A stretch of DNA of 64,000 nucleotides. Source: Octopus vulgaris. Lineage: Eukaryota. Positions 12,455 through 25,345 of this stretch are shown here, in pieces. The translations under genes and the position numbers were made by a program. Each line of letters begins with the position of its first letter. Position 1 is the first letter of the stretch. The notes under the pieces were generated by a model that was not told the origin of the DNA, made no database searches, and was given only the letters and a program-made list of their open reading frames with translations. The stretch lies in contig OX597822.1 of NCBI GenBank assembly GCA_951406725.2, positions 29,512,001-29,576,000 on the forward strand, in the 5' to 3' direction.

Positions 12455-13049
12455 GTCATTTTGCGAGTGGAGATGGGTGTTAGTCTATAATGCAATGAAC
12501 TAATCACCTTGGACTTAAGAACTTGAGTGGCTCTTTATTTAGTCGAAGGATGAACAGCAAAGTTGGTTTTAGCGGTCATAACACGCACATATTGATCGTT
12601 TCACTGATAACTGCACTTGAAATTTTTAACGAAATCGAACACCTTCGATATTTTCTCAGCGCGTAAATTGGTCTATAACCTCTCATCCTTCTTGTCAATG
12701 TTGCTAATCCTAAACGAATAGCTGTTCAGCAGAAGCATGGAGTTGCATCTAAAATTCACTGATAAGATTGTTTGAAGGTCTCATCTGCAAATCCAGAATA
12801 TTTTCTTTACCATTTTTTTTTGAGTATGGGGATTTTTATTGCGTCAGACACATTCTTTCAATTCCCAGTGGCTCCATGTACCATTACCAGTTTGGATACG
12901 TAGTTTGAAATGTAATGACAACTTGATCATTCAAGCACACGCCGTCCACTTGTTGCTACCACTATCACAAGGGAGATAATCATTTCTTCATAATACAGTA
13001 TTTGGTGGGATCAAAAACTCGAACTTTGAATTTCAAATTAAGTAATTAT

Positions 13050-13436
13050 GATGGAAGCACTCCGTCGGTTACGACGATGAGAGTTCCGGTTGATCCGAAT
13101 CAACGGAACAGCCTGCTCGTGAAATTAACGTATAAGTGGCTGAGCACTCCACAGACACGTGTACCCTTAACGTAGTTCTCGGGGATATTCAGCGTGACAC
13201 AGAGAGTGACAAGGCCGGCCCTTTGAAATACGGTTACAACAGAAACAGGAAGTAAGAGTGAGAGAAAGTTGTGGCGAAAGAGTACAGCAGGGATCACCAC
13301 CATCCCCTGCCGGAGCCTCGTGGAGCTTTAGGTGTTTTCGCTCAATAAACACTCACAACGCCCGGTCTGGGAATCGAAACCGCGATCCTATGACCGCGAG
13401 TCCGCTGCCCTAATCACTGGGCCATTGCGCCTCCAC
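13050..13436 (-). mobile_element. Full-length SINE family 1 copy with 10-bp TSD
   Basis: TSD AAGTAATTAT at 13040-13049 and 13437-13446; A and B boxes on the minus strand. Confidence 0.9.
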
Positions 13437-14562
13437 AAGTAATTATAAAGAAAAAGATGCATAGAATTCATAAAGTTAATTTTATCATTTTGTTTGATTA
13501 TGGAATTCTTGAAATTTCCAGTCGGTGGTAATCATGTATTGTACCATTTTATTCGTTTTGGAAATCATCAGTATGATATAACCTGTAACTTAATAATTTA
13601 ACATTTTATGTGACTTATAAATTTAACATTGCTGGGGGGAAGCAATGGAATGTGCTTTTTTTGTTCTTCATGAAACGTAAGTTGATTAGGAATGAAGAGA
13701 AAAGAAAGTTCTTAGTGTTTACATATGGGATAATAAATAAAAAATAAACGAGCCCTTTTAAAGCCCAACCAGGTTCATGGGCCCGGTTTTCCGGTTTCAA
13801 TAGCGTATGTGTACCCCAGCTGGACGGGACGACTGTCCATCGCAGCGTTACTCATTTTTTGCCAGCTGAGTGGACTGGAGCAACGTGAAATAAAGTGTTT
13901 TGCCCAAGAACACAACACGTTGCCCGGTCCAGGAATTGAAACCACAATCTTACGATCATGATGCTGATACCTTAACCACTAAGCAACGCGCTTCCACTTA
14001 CATATGGGATAATAACTGTATATTTGAAATGTATACTGTTGGGAAACATTGATTAAAAAAAGTGTGTGCATATGTGGTGGAGATTTCGGATTTGCAATCT
14101 AGGATCTTTGGGATACCTGGAAAAGGGTTAATCCCTGTGTAAATAAAGGGGCACGAAAATGTGCTATTGTCGGTATCTTTCCGAACTGAATCGACTGCAA
14201 AAATATGATTGACAATAGGAAGGAATGGCGACTGATGAATCAACAACACAACTGTCAAATTCATAACAGAAAGTCTAACAGCTCTGATGACGAAGCGATT
14301 TTTACAAGTCACAAGAAAAGTCAAACTATTGAGACACGAAAAATAAAGCTGGAAATTTAAACCGGATAACCATCCTTCGTTTTTCTTTGATGTATGTGTA
14401 CTTGAACATTCTAGTATAGTCTAATAATAGAATCCATTGGAGGTAGTGTGTGTGTGTGCGTGTGTGCGTGAATAACTTCAGTATAAATCATGAATGTGAT
14501 ATGAGATTAATTGCTTTAACCTCAAATAAAAAAAGAATATTAACCGACATCATAATGTGAGA

Positions 14563-14617
<55 letters not shown>

Positions 14618-14944
14618 TATATTGATTTAGTACAAAGGCCAACAATTTTGAAAAGTGGAGTGGCGGGTTGTCAGTCGATCTCAGTACACGACTGAAATTT
14701 TATTCCCCTGACTCTGAAGAATAAAAGTCAAAGTTAAACGGAAAGGAGTTGAACTCAGAATATAAAAGACCCGAAATAAATGCTGCAAGGCGATTTTATT
14801 TTCATCTGCTTTTTCTGACGCTTTAACGATTCTGACATTTCTCTGCCTTACAAGTCTATTAAAGTCTATTAAAATGTATTTTTCATGATGTAAACATTAT
14901 CTCCTAGTGTACGCCGTCGTGGTCGTGGTCGTTGTCGTCGTCCA

Positions 14945-15230
14945 CTTCCTCCTCCTCTTCCCATGCCTCCCATGCCTTTCTCTTCTTTTTCCTCCTCCTC
15001 TTCCTTCTCCTCCTCCTCCTCCTCCTCCTCCTCCCCTCCTCTTCATCCCGTCCTCTTCCTTCCCTCCTCCTCTTCTTTTCCCTCTTCTTCTTCCTCCTCC
15101 TCCCCTCCTCCTCCTCCCCTCCTCTTCATCCCGTCCTCTTCCTTCCCCCTCCTCTTCTTTTCCCTCTTCTTCTTCTTCCTCCTCCTCTACCACCACCACC
15201 ACCACCGCCACCTTTCCTCCCCCTCTTCAA
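14945..15230. repeat. Polypyrimidine/polypurine (TCC/TTC)n tract followed by (ACC)n
   Basis: ~285 bp almost entirely C/T on the plus strand, with CCTCCTCCCCTCCTCTTCATCCCGTCCTCTTCCTTCCC present twice. Confidence 0.9.
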
Positions 15231-15350
15231 ATATCCATAACACCACCGTTGCCATTGTCACCATGATATTAATACGACGTTAAGAGGAAGTAAAATGAGA
15301 AAGGCGTAAAGAAAATCACGAAACCGTGAGACAAATATTTTGCTACTTAC

Positions 15351-15449
15351 GTAAATGCTGCCAGAGTTCTAAAGTCAATTGTTTATCTTGTTTGTCCTCT
15401 GCAACCGTGTAGTTTACCGAGTGGCAGCTTCCGCTTTTGGATTCTAAAA
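15351..15449 (-). CDS. Gene A exon 2: second half of ECL1 with the second conserved Cys
   Basis: ttttgtctatccag|TT..CATTTAC|gtaagt; 99 nt, phase 1->1. Encodes (F)LESKSGSCHSVNYTVAEDKQDKQLTLELWQHL(Q), homologous to gene B exon 2. Not in the ORF track. Confidence 0.88.
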
Positions 15450-15777
15450 CTGGATAGACAAAAATAAAGAAATCATTAACCCATTACGATTAGTTTATTT
15501 TGATTGGACATAATCGATTCTTTTGCAATATGGCTTTTACACGTTGTCTTTATATGTTCTGAGTTCACATTCCACGAAGGTTGACTTAGCCTTTCGTGGT
15601 TGATAAAATAAATACTAGTTGAAATAAATACTACCCACTCCCTTGAAATTGCTGGCCTTGTGTCAAAACTTCAAGTCAATGCGGCTTTACACGTTGAGGA
15701 TTTTTTTGTACAGACGCAAAATGCTTTGACTTATTTTCTATATTTTAATCAGGATGGAAGGAAGGAAGGCAGTCTCC

Positions 15778-16192
15778 TATTTCTTTATTACCCATAAGGG
15801 GCTAAACATAGAGGGGACAAACAAGGACAGACATAAGTATTAAGTCGATTACATCGACCCCAGTGCGTAACTGGTACCTAATTTATCGACCCCGAAAGGA
15901 TGAAAGGCAAAGTCGACCTCGGCGGAATTTGAACTCACAACGTAACGCAGACGAAATACCTATTTCTTTATTACCCACAAGGGGCTAAACACAGAGGGGA
16001 CAAACAAGGACAGGCATAGGTATTAAGTCTATTATATCGACCCCAGTGCGTAACTGGTACTTAATTTATCGACCCCGAAAGGATGAAAGGCAAAGTCGAC
16101 CTCGGCGGAATTTGAACTCACAATGTAACGCAGACGAAATACCGCTAAGCATTTCGCCCGGCGTGCTAACGTTTCTGTCAGCTCGCCGCCAT
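15778..16192 (-). mobile_element. SINE family 3 (core GTCGACTTTGCCTTTCATCCTTTCGGGGTCGAT), dimeric copy with 15-bp TSD
   Basis: Two tandem ~182-bp units; TSD AGGAAGGCAGTCTCC at 15763-15777 and 16193-16207. Many further copies or fragments at ~12245-12385, 20080-20520, 22225-22860, 28050-28460, 29540-30005, 30570-30830, 41810-42165, 46665-47070, 49350-49880, 58380-58580, 59050-59680, 60440-61280 and 63560-64000. Confidence 0.85.
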
Positions 16193-17737
16193 AGGAAGGC
16201 AGTCTCCATAAACCTACACAGGATCTACCAAATTAGCGTGAATGAAGGCGGAAGGCATTCGCAAACCGAGGCAGGTCCCGAATTCTCGTAACAAAGTGGA
16301 TTCAAATAAATACACTCGAGAGTCCAAGTGGTGGTGTTAAAACCTGTGACAGATTAAGTCGCCCACCTGAGGAGGGAGGAAGGTATCTTTAAGCAAGAAA
16401 CCTGGTTGAAACGCTTTCAACAGAGTGGGTTCCGCTAAAGGCACCCAAGACCGTGGCGGTAATGCTAAAACAGGCGATGTATTGAATCTACTACATATGG
16501 CAAAGTTCGAACTCAGCGAGCAAACAAGTGGAACAAATATTGAAATACATCTTATCGGTCGTTCTTACAATTCCCTCAACATTTTTGTTGACTCCTAAAG
16601 ACGAAATACAAAGGTAACCTCTGTAGGGTATGAATTCAGAGCTCAGGGAGTCGGAAATACCGCAGCGCTTTACATATGACACTCTAAACGTTGCCAGTTC
16701 GCTGTCTGTGACTTCGATTCTCTAATTAAATGCTGTCTTCTTCGTTGTTTAGCTCACGTTAATCCCAAAACGAGCTGATCTATGTCAAAGATATTCTAGT
16801 TGGCCTTTTCGCTTCCCTCTCTTTCTGTTTAATGTATTTAGGATTGGCGGTTAATTGACATAGTCGTTAGAGTGTCGGATAGAATGCTTTGTGATATTAT
16901 TTATTCCGGTCCTCTGCACTTAGAGATCAAATATCGCAAAGCTTTTCATCTGACGCTCTAACCGTTGACAGTTCGCTTCTTTCAGTTTCCGTCTACCAAA
17001 TCCACTCACAAGGCTTTGGTCGGCTCGAAGCTACAGTAGAAAACACTTGCCCAAGGTGCCACGCAGTGGGACTGAACCCGGAGCCATGTGGTTGGTAAGC
17101 AAACTACTTACCACACAGCCACTCCTGCACCTAGGTATACATGTATTTTTTTTGCTGCTGCTATTGTTATTATTGCTACTGACTTTGTTGTTGTTGTTGC
17201 TGTCACGTGTTGCGGTGGGAGCGGCGATGATAGTGGTGTTTGGCAGGTTGTTGTTGTCGTTGTTTGGTATATTGTCGTTTCTGTTGTTGTTGCTGCCGCT
17301 GCCGTTCGCTATCGGTGTAGTGAGAATAAATTGTGGAATTTTCTTACTTTTTTTTTTTGCTACGGCGCAGGAGTATTTGTAGATTCAATACATCGCCTGT
17401 TTTCTACTATAGCTTCGGGCCAACCAAAGCCTTGTGAGTGGATTTGGTAGACAGAAACTGAAAGAAGCCCGTCGTATACACACACATACACATGTATGTA
17501 TTATGTGTGTGTATATGTTTATGTGTGAGTGTTTGTCCCGCCCAACATCGCTTGACAACTGATGCTGATATGTTTACGTCCCCGTAACCTAGCGGTTCGG
17601 CAAAAGCGAAGTACTAGGCTTGCAAACAATAAGTCCCGGAGTCGATTTGCTCTGCTAAAGGTAGTGCTCCAGCATGGCTGAAGTCAAGCGACTGAAACAA
17701 GTGAAAAATAAATACCTGACTAAAGCAAGAACATAAA

Positions 17738-18159
17738 TGCAATGGCCCAGTGGTTAGGGCAGCGGACTCGCGGTCGTAAGAAGGCGGTTTCGATTCCCAG
17801 ACCGGGCATTGTGAGTGTTTATTGAGTAAAATCACCTAAGCTCCACGAGGCTCCGGCGGAAGTTGGGGTGAACCCCGCTGTACAACTTTCTCTCCCACAA
17901 AGCAGAGGAACCATGGTGTAACTCACTATGGTGTGGTAAACTTTCAGATCCTAGTCTAGATTGCGAATCCTCTGTACCCCATGATGGTTCAGCTCTCCAC
18001 CCGTTAAAAGCCACCGTTTACGGAATGAGGACAACTACGTAGCTTTCGCGCCCGTGCAACCGCCAGTCTATCGCGTGTGGTGGGTGGATCTTCAAGTTGA
18101 GGCACGCATTCTTAGTAGCTTAGAGTAGGCTGGAATTAGAGATTATTCTTTGTGGCTAA
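17738..18159 (+). mobile_element. Chimeric SINE: family-1 tRNA head fused to a distinct ~260-bp body
   Basis: A second diverged copy of the same head plus body lies in opposite orientation at 47742-48184. Confidence 0.75.
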
Positions 18160-19537
18160 TTGTGTGAGTTCTGATTGGAAGAAGAAGAAGAAGAAGAAGA
18201 CAATATCACCGCCATCAGGTCAACGCAAAGCTTATCAATCATAGCACGGGTTGTACCACTATCACCACTTCCACTACTACAACCGAAACTAGAAAACATC
18301 ACCACAACTATCAGATCTATTATCATCGTTAGTAATTGTTGAAATACCACAATGAAGAAGTATAAAGAAGTATTTAAATCATTTAACATTTAAACTGGCC
18401 ACATCCGGCCAAAATAATCTATCTGTATTATCTTCAGACTGGCCAGATCTGGCTTCTTACACCCTACAACATATTTCTTAAAATAAACAATCGTATCATT
18501 GAAATCTGAGTGCCACGAAGTAATGCATGACTAATTCGTATCAATGGCAATAAACAAGCCTTACATTTGACATAGAAATCCGGATGTTTAATTGTTAAAC
18601 TGACAGGATCTTTTACTAACGCAGCTCGAATTGAATCCATGATCTAGTGATCGTGAGTGCGATACTCTAACCACGCGCCTTCACGTAGAGAAACATAAAG
18701 AAGGAAAAAGTCATTTTTCAAAAGACCCGAAAGAAGTGTAAACATAGGACTACCCAACTAGGTTGTCGACCAAACTAATCGATTCGCGGTGACTTGACGC
18801 TGCATCGGCGTTAATATTAGCGGGTTGAAAAATCAACCCGCTAAAGGTGTAGAAAACCTTGTGGAAATAAAAAAAGAGAATAATTTGTGATGTAGAGCGA
18901 GCAATTTGTAACAATTGATGTCAGACTTAGGTCTGAATTTGAAACGAGGATTTATTCCATAGCCCCAATTAAAAATGAAGAGTTCCTCCTGTTCCCATCA
19001 TATATAGGCAAACAAAATACGAAGGCAGGGTAGAAGATGAGCCACCAGAAATAAATATCTAGAGGCTCGTGATGATTATCTTGCCCGATGACGAATACAG
19101 GCAATCGTAGAGGCTCACAGATACATCAAGAAAACTGATGGGGTATAAGCATGGAGTTGTTAATCTAAATGAATCAAGTCAAGCTTGAGGCTAACCCCGA
19201 TCTAATCGAACTGCCAAATAAACCCAGTTTGATAGCGACAATAGAGGGAAGAAGGCCAATGTGTCACATCCGTGGCACGATCAATCACCAAAGAGTTTTT
19301 TGACCACAGCAGGGAGCAACTGAAAGAAGACGTCCGTTGCTGGTATTTGGTTTTGTTATTTCCTACGTTTTTATATAGCTCCACGCTGTATCGTTCTTTA
19401 CCGTCCCTGATCTATTTGTCAGTAAATAGTTAGAACAAAAAATAGACTGGTTAATATAGAATGCATTGTTTTTAGTGTTGTTGTTGTTGCTGATTTTATT
19501 ATTATTTATTATTGTTGTTGTTGTTGTTGTTATTATT

Positions 19538-20082
19538 GAGTGAGAGAGCAGTGCATGCCATCAAAATGACAATGGAGTAAAAATATGCGAAGCCCAATAT
19601 ACCTATCATGACTGCCTGTCTAATAATAAGGGTACACCAGGCACATGCATCACAACCATATGAGCGTGACATGGTGACCTCATATCAAGATAAACAGCAC
19701 ATGACCTTCCAGGTGAGGTCCAGTTAAAATTTCCTTCATGTCGAGTAGCCCATTGCACTCAAAAGAGTCCTTGAATGAGGTTTGTTTAAGGATGATGAAC
19801 AAAACACTCGTGTTCCTTGAGGTGGATTATTCAAACCCTAAACAATTCCTCTCAACACACGGCTATGATGCTTCCCCACTACATATGCTCGTGATCAGAG
19901 ATGCACATATCGTCAGCCACTAGGGGACATGCCCAACTGGTTACGGTCAAACAATTGACAAGCAAATCTGTGGTATTGAACAGAATATTTGCTGTTGCCC
20001 TTCTTTTACGCCAAGATAAAACATATACATGATAACACTTCCAATCAGTTAAGATCAGAGGCAATGAGAGCCACTGCCTGGA
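19538..20082. repeat. Unclassified interspersed repeat next to (TTG/TTA)n
   Basis: Shares ATTCCTCTCAAC..TATGATGC..CCCCACTA with 25290-25341, beside the R4/Dong fragment; begins right after a microsatellite. Confidence 0.45.
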
Positions 20083-21341
20083 CGAAATGCTTAGCAGTGT
20101 TTTGCCCGTCACTACGTTCCGAGTTCAAATTCCGCCGAAGTCGACTTTGTCTTTTATCCTTTTGAGTTCAATAACATAAGTACCAGTTGAACACTGGGGT
20201 CGATGTAATCGACTTATCCCTCCCCTAAAATTGCTGGTCTTGTGCCAAAATTTGGAACCAGGTCAGGCAGTGAGCTGGCAGTATTGAAGGCGGCGAGCTG
20301 GCAGAAACGTTAGCACGCCGGGCGAAATGCGTAGTCGTATTTCGTCTGCCGTTACGTTCTGAGTTCAAATTCCGCCGAGGTCGACTTTGCCTTTCATTCT
20401 TTCGGGGTCGATAAATTAAGTACCAGTTACGCACTGGGGTCGATGTAATCGACTTAATCCGTTTGTCTGTCCTTGTTTGTCCCCTCTGTGTTTAGCCCCT
20501 TGTGGGTAGTAAAGAAATAAGTATTGTTGGCACGCCGGGTAAAATGCAAAGCAGCCATTTTTCCTTGCTCTTTACTTGTTCTAAAATCAAATCAAATTGC
20601 GTAGGGGTCGTCTTTACCTTTTCATCGTTTCTGGCTCAGTAAATAAATTTACAACCACTGAAATAGTGGAGTGAATGAAGCTGACAAGCACTTTCTCATC
20701 AGAGTTGCTGACCTTGTGCCAGATTTTGTAACAATTATAATTATCGTCAATAATAGTAATAGTAACAGCAGTAGCAGTAGCATAGTTGTAGTAGCAGTAG
20801 TAGTAGTAGCAGTAGTAGTAGTGGTAGAAGTAGCAGAGCAGCAGCAGCAGTTACCGCAGTAGAAGTATAAATATCTAACAAAGGCACAAGGCCATATATT
20901 TTGGGAATAATTTCGAGAGGAAAAGTCAGTTTATTTGCCACAAGAGCAACACAAATATATAACACTTAAATACTCTAGCGGCTATAAAACATTTTCGTCA
21001 TTGTGTAAAAGATATACAAAATACAGCCTAAAGCTATCCATCCATCCCCTTCCCTCTCTGAATCTCTCTCTCTTTATATATATATATATATACATAAATG
21101 AGTGTGAAAAATTAGATATTAATTTAATAATACCGTCAGTTTAACACCAAGTGGCCTAGCACATACACATACATATATCTATACATATACATATATAAAT
21201 ATATACATATATATACATATATATGTGTATATATATATATATGTATATATGAATTTATATGTATGTTTATGTGTATATGTGTATATATAAACTCACAGTC
21301 ATATGTGTACATGAATGTATGCATATATATGTATGTATGCA

Positions 21342-21372
<31 letters not shown>

Positions 21373-21403
21373 ATATGTGTATATATATCTATATATATAT
21401 ATA

Positions 21404-21489
<86 letters not shown>

Positions 21490-23398
21490 CCACACATATG
21501 TATACGCTATGTGTGTGTGTGTGTGTGTGCATATTGTGGATATACATAAAGTCATGAATTTTATAATTGTTTCAAAACGCATTCGTAATTGTTTCCAAAT
21601 TGTTATTTTCTTGGTAAATGCATAATCTTTGAGTATTTCTTGATAGCCATAGCGAACATTTAATATATTTATATACGTATTTACGAATGTGTGAGTGTAT
21701 AAAATAAATAAGTACAAATAAATATATAAATAAATAAAATTATTAGAAAGGATCAGGCCATCTTAAAACTATTCCCGTATTCTACTGAGGGTGTATGCCT
21801 TTTCTGAACTCCAAATCTACCTTTTCCAAGTCGAAATCAATGGGTCCTCACAGCCAAATCTGATATGCTTCTATCACCCCGCTTTTTCAGAAAATATCCT
21901 TGGGACCATTTCTTTCGCCACCTCACCCATCTTTGGCTTCATGCAGTATAATTTTTTTTAAAGTTTTATCTCTTATCTATTTCAATCATTGGACTATGGC
22001 CATGCTGGGGCAGCACCTTGTAGAGAACTAGATTTTTTTTCGGCTCAGAGTGGATGGGTCCTGTACTCAAATATTTCCTTACATAGGTCTTTAGTTTCTT
22101 TTAGTTAAGAAGACCGGGCTCACACTGGAGCACCGCCTTTTAGCGAAGATACAAAGCTGTAATTGTCTTTTCGTTTTGTCTGATGGACGAATAAATCAGA
22201 ATTGAAAATTGAAATGGAAGATGGTAGCCAACTGGAAGAATCGTTAGCACGCCAGAAAAATTGCTTAGCGGCATTTCTCCTATCTTTATGTTCTGAGTTC
22301 AAATTCCACCGAAGTCGACTTTGCCCTTCAACCTCTTCGGCGTAGCTAAAATAAATACTAGTTGAGCACTGGGGTTGATGTAATCTACTATTTTCCTTCC
22401 CCCATAAATTTCAAGCCTTGTGCCTATTGTAGAAAGCAATATAAAAATGCAAAAAGGCGGCGAGCAGGGAGTTTCTTTAAGCACGTCGAGTAGAACGCTT
22501 AGCGGCATTTCGTCTTTCTGTATATTCTGACTTCAAATTCCGCCGAAGTCGACTTTGCCTTTCATTCCTTCAGGGTGGATAAAATAAATACCCGTCGAGC
22601 AGTGGGTTCGATATAAATGACTTACCTCATCCACTAACTTGGTGCCTGAATTTGCAACCGTTATGTAAAGCAGCAATAATAGAGTTCAATATTCCATTGA
22701 AGGCTTGACTATTTTATCGAGGTCGATAAAATAGATACCAGTTGTATTGAGGAATCGATGTAATCGACTTAAACTCTCCTCACAAAATTTTTTGTCTTGT
22801 GCCAAAATTTGAAACCAGTATCTAATTTCCGGTACTTATTTTATCGAAATCAAAAGGATGAAAAGCGGAGATAGCATTAGTTCCTTGACTTTTAAATAAT
22901 TAAAAAGACTTTTTGCCAAAACTAAAAGGTTGACTAGAAAAAGTGATCTCATCCGCTAAATTATACAGAGACGAATCAGGAGAATGTCTTTAGTACATAA
23001 ATGATTTATAAAAGTTTCTTTATTTTTCAAAAAAAAAAAAAAATTAACTACAATTTTGTTTTTATAAATTTCTTATACAACCTTATACAAATTTGTTAGA
23101 ATCAACCCTTAGACAATGTGAACATCTGTCTAAATACACACACACACACACACATACGAACACACGCACACACACATGCACGCACACACACACACACACA
23201 CACGCACGTAGACAGGTAGTACATATATACATACATACATACGCACGTACAGCCCACTACACACATATACATTAGAAGGACGTTTGAATCGCTCTGTGTA
23301 ATTGCTTTTTAAATAATATGATTTCTCTATCAACGTGAAATGAAATGCTTAGCTGTGTTCAGACAGCAATCGAAAGAAGGCTATAGGGTCGTGCGCGC

Positions 23399-23450
<52 letters not shown>

Positions 23451-23776
23451 TATGCATGTATGTGTGTATGTTTGTGTACGCGCACGTATGCGTATGTGTA
23501 CGAATTCATGCATATTAAAGGGACTTTGAACCATCTTGTATAATTGCGTATAAAATAATAACCAAACGAAAAGAATCCATTTCAATTTTGTAATTTTCTT
23601 CCATTAAGAACGTAACTACTTAAAATGACAAGAATTATTAACAACAAGCATTATGGGATTAAAAACATATATATATATAACGGGAAGGTTTACGAAAATA
23701 GACAAAAGACGAAGGCAGGTGGAGTACAAACAAGCAAATGTATTAGTATGGCGCTCAGGAATAGAAATAGAACAAG

Positions 23777-23814
23777 TCTTTTACGTTTCGAGCCTACGCT
23801 CTTCAACAGGAAGA
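23777..23814 (-). ncRNA. Hammerhead-like motif (CUGUUGA variant) in a Penelope pLTR-like remnant, gene A intron 1
   Basis: tcttc-CTGTTGA-A-GAGC.gtag.GCTC-GAAACGTA-aaaga. Its flank (TATT..GCGCTCAGGAA) resembles the 55488 and 57274 units. A6 is replaced by U. Confidence 0.5.
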
Positions 23815-23872
23815 TACACAGAAAAGAAACAAGGAGAGAAAAAAATGCGTGTATTATATGATATGTACTTAC

Positions 23873-24131
23873 AAGCTGGAAACTTTCCAATGTAGCATTC
23901 CCGAAATATACCGATTGTACGGTTGTATGCAATACGGCTGTGGTCGTAATTTTCCGCATCCGATGTTAATTTAAGTTGGTCAAGGGAAAACGTATCTCGG
24001 TCGACCGTAGTTAAAAGCCAATTGTCCGTGGCAAGCGAAACGCCCAGTAGAATGATAATAATTGGTAATAGCAGAAAACAGGTAACAAAATGACAGATTC
24101 GTGATGGACTTTTTCGGTGATGACGTGCCAT
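23873..24131 (-). CDS. Gene A exon 1: TM1 and first half of ECL1 of a PMP22/EMP/MP20/claudin-superfamily protein (303 aa in total)
   Basis: gaacATGG start. Hydrophobic TM1, then SLATDNW..NRTIGIFREC, matching the W..G(L/I)(W/F)..C signature. Donor GCTT|gtaagt, phase 1. Exons of 259+99+138+107+309 nt sum to a 912-nt open frame. Confidence 0.9.
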
Positions 24132-24557
24132 GTTCGAAGACTCTAGGGTTTAGGGGCAAAATACTTGTGGAAGGACTGAAATGCTTTTTTTTTCTTTACG
24201 TATTATGAACAGAAGGATAATATTTCGGAGAAGACAAAGCCATATAAAAGAGTGAACTGGATGTGCTCTGAGATTGTAGTGAGGTAAAAAAAAAACAAAA
24301 CAAAAAAACAACAAAAAAGCAACAATAACCAAACAACAACGTTTAGTGCTACAACAAAAACCACGACAACAACAAAGACAGTTTAAAAAACAGACAAAAG
24401 ATAGTTTTAAAGTTTTGTTTTCGCTGTTCTCATCAATCCTCCTATTTAATTGCAACCCAATCCTGTTTTTCTTGTGTACCTTGAGAGTTTAGTAGAGGAA
24501 ATTCTCACCATGTGTATACACACACACACATGCACACATACATCCATATATACGTAG

Positions 24558-24593
<36 letters not shown>

Positions 24594-25345
24594 CCTAAAG
24601 CATCAGGCAATGTTCAAAAGAGGTTCAGTTAGTTGAACACGAAAAGCTACCGAAAATAGTTGTTTTTCTACTCGCGACATTGATTTCGTCCAAATATTTG
24701 ACTGAAAATAACATTTAAAGGTCATTATTATATTATTTGAACATTATTTCAGGCATGTGCATTAGTTTTAATAATTATTTAGTATTAATTGTTATCCTTA
24801 TAATAATTAATACTAATTATCATTACTACTCATTATACATAATTTAAACGTAAAGTTTCTTCTTATTTTTTTATTCTCCTCGAAAATTTATACTGTTAGT
24901 TTTAGTTAAAATGTACTTTCCGGCAAAATGGTTAAAAAATGACTGAATTAGAACTATATAAACATTTCAATTATAAGGGATAAAAAAACGGTTTATGTTA
25001 TGAACTTCTAGACTATTCTGCTTCTTTCCTAAGACTAAATTAACACCAACTATTTTTTCTGCATTCCTTTGAATATGCTCGTTTTTACATATAATGAAAA
25101 CATTTCGAGATTCATAATCCACCCAGTCCTTGCAATCATTTTAACATACTCAGTTTATTATGGATGAAAATATTCCAAGATTTTGCTTTTGACTAGAGAG
25201 AAACGAACCAAAACACCTGAAGAATATGGCACTGAAGATTTTGTAAACTGCTTTGGTTAAAGATTCTTCGAAGCTAATCGAACCAAGGACAACCCCAAAG
25301 AATTCCTCTCAACGCGTGTTTATGATGCCCCCTCCCCACTAATTC

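Noticed and set aside
14117-14194. Alternative candidate for gene A exon 2 (tttttgcag|TCGATTCAG..CCAG|gtatcc; FDSVRKDTDNSTFSCPF..)
   Set aside because: It is in frame and has a Cys, but the donor is weak and there is no similarity to gene B exon 2. 15351-15449 has consensus sites and clear homology. A cryptic alternative exon cannot be fully excluded.
14897-15283. Pro/Ser/Gly-rich ORFs
   Set aside because: Products of the (TCC/TTC)n tract.
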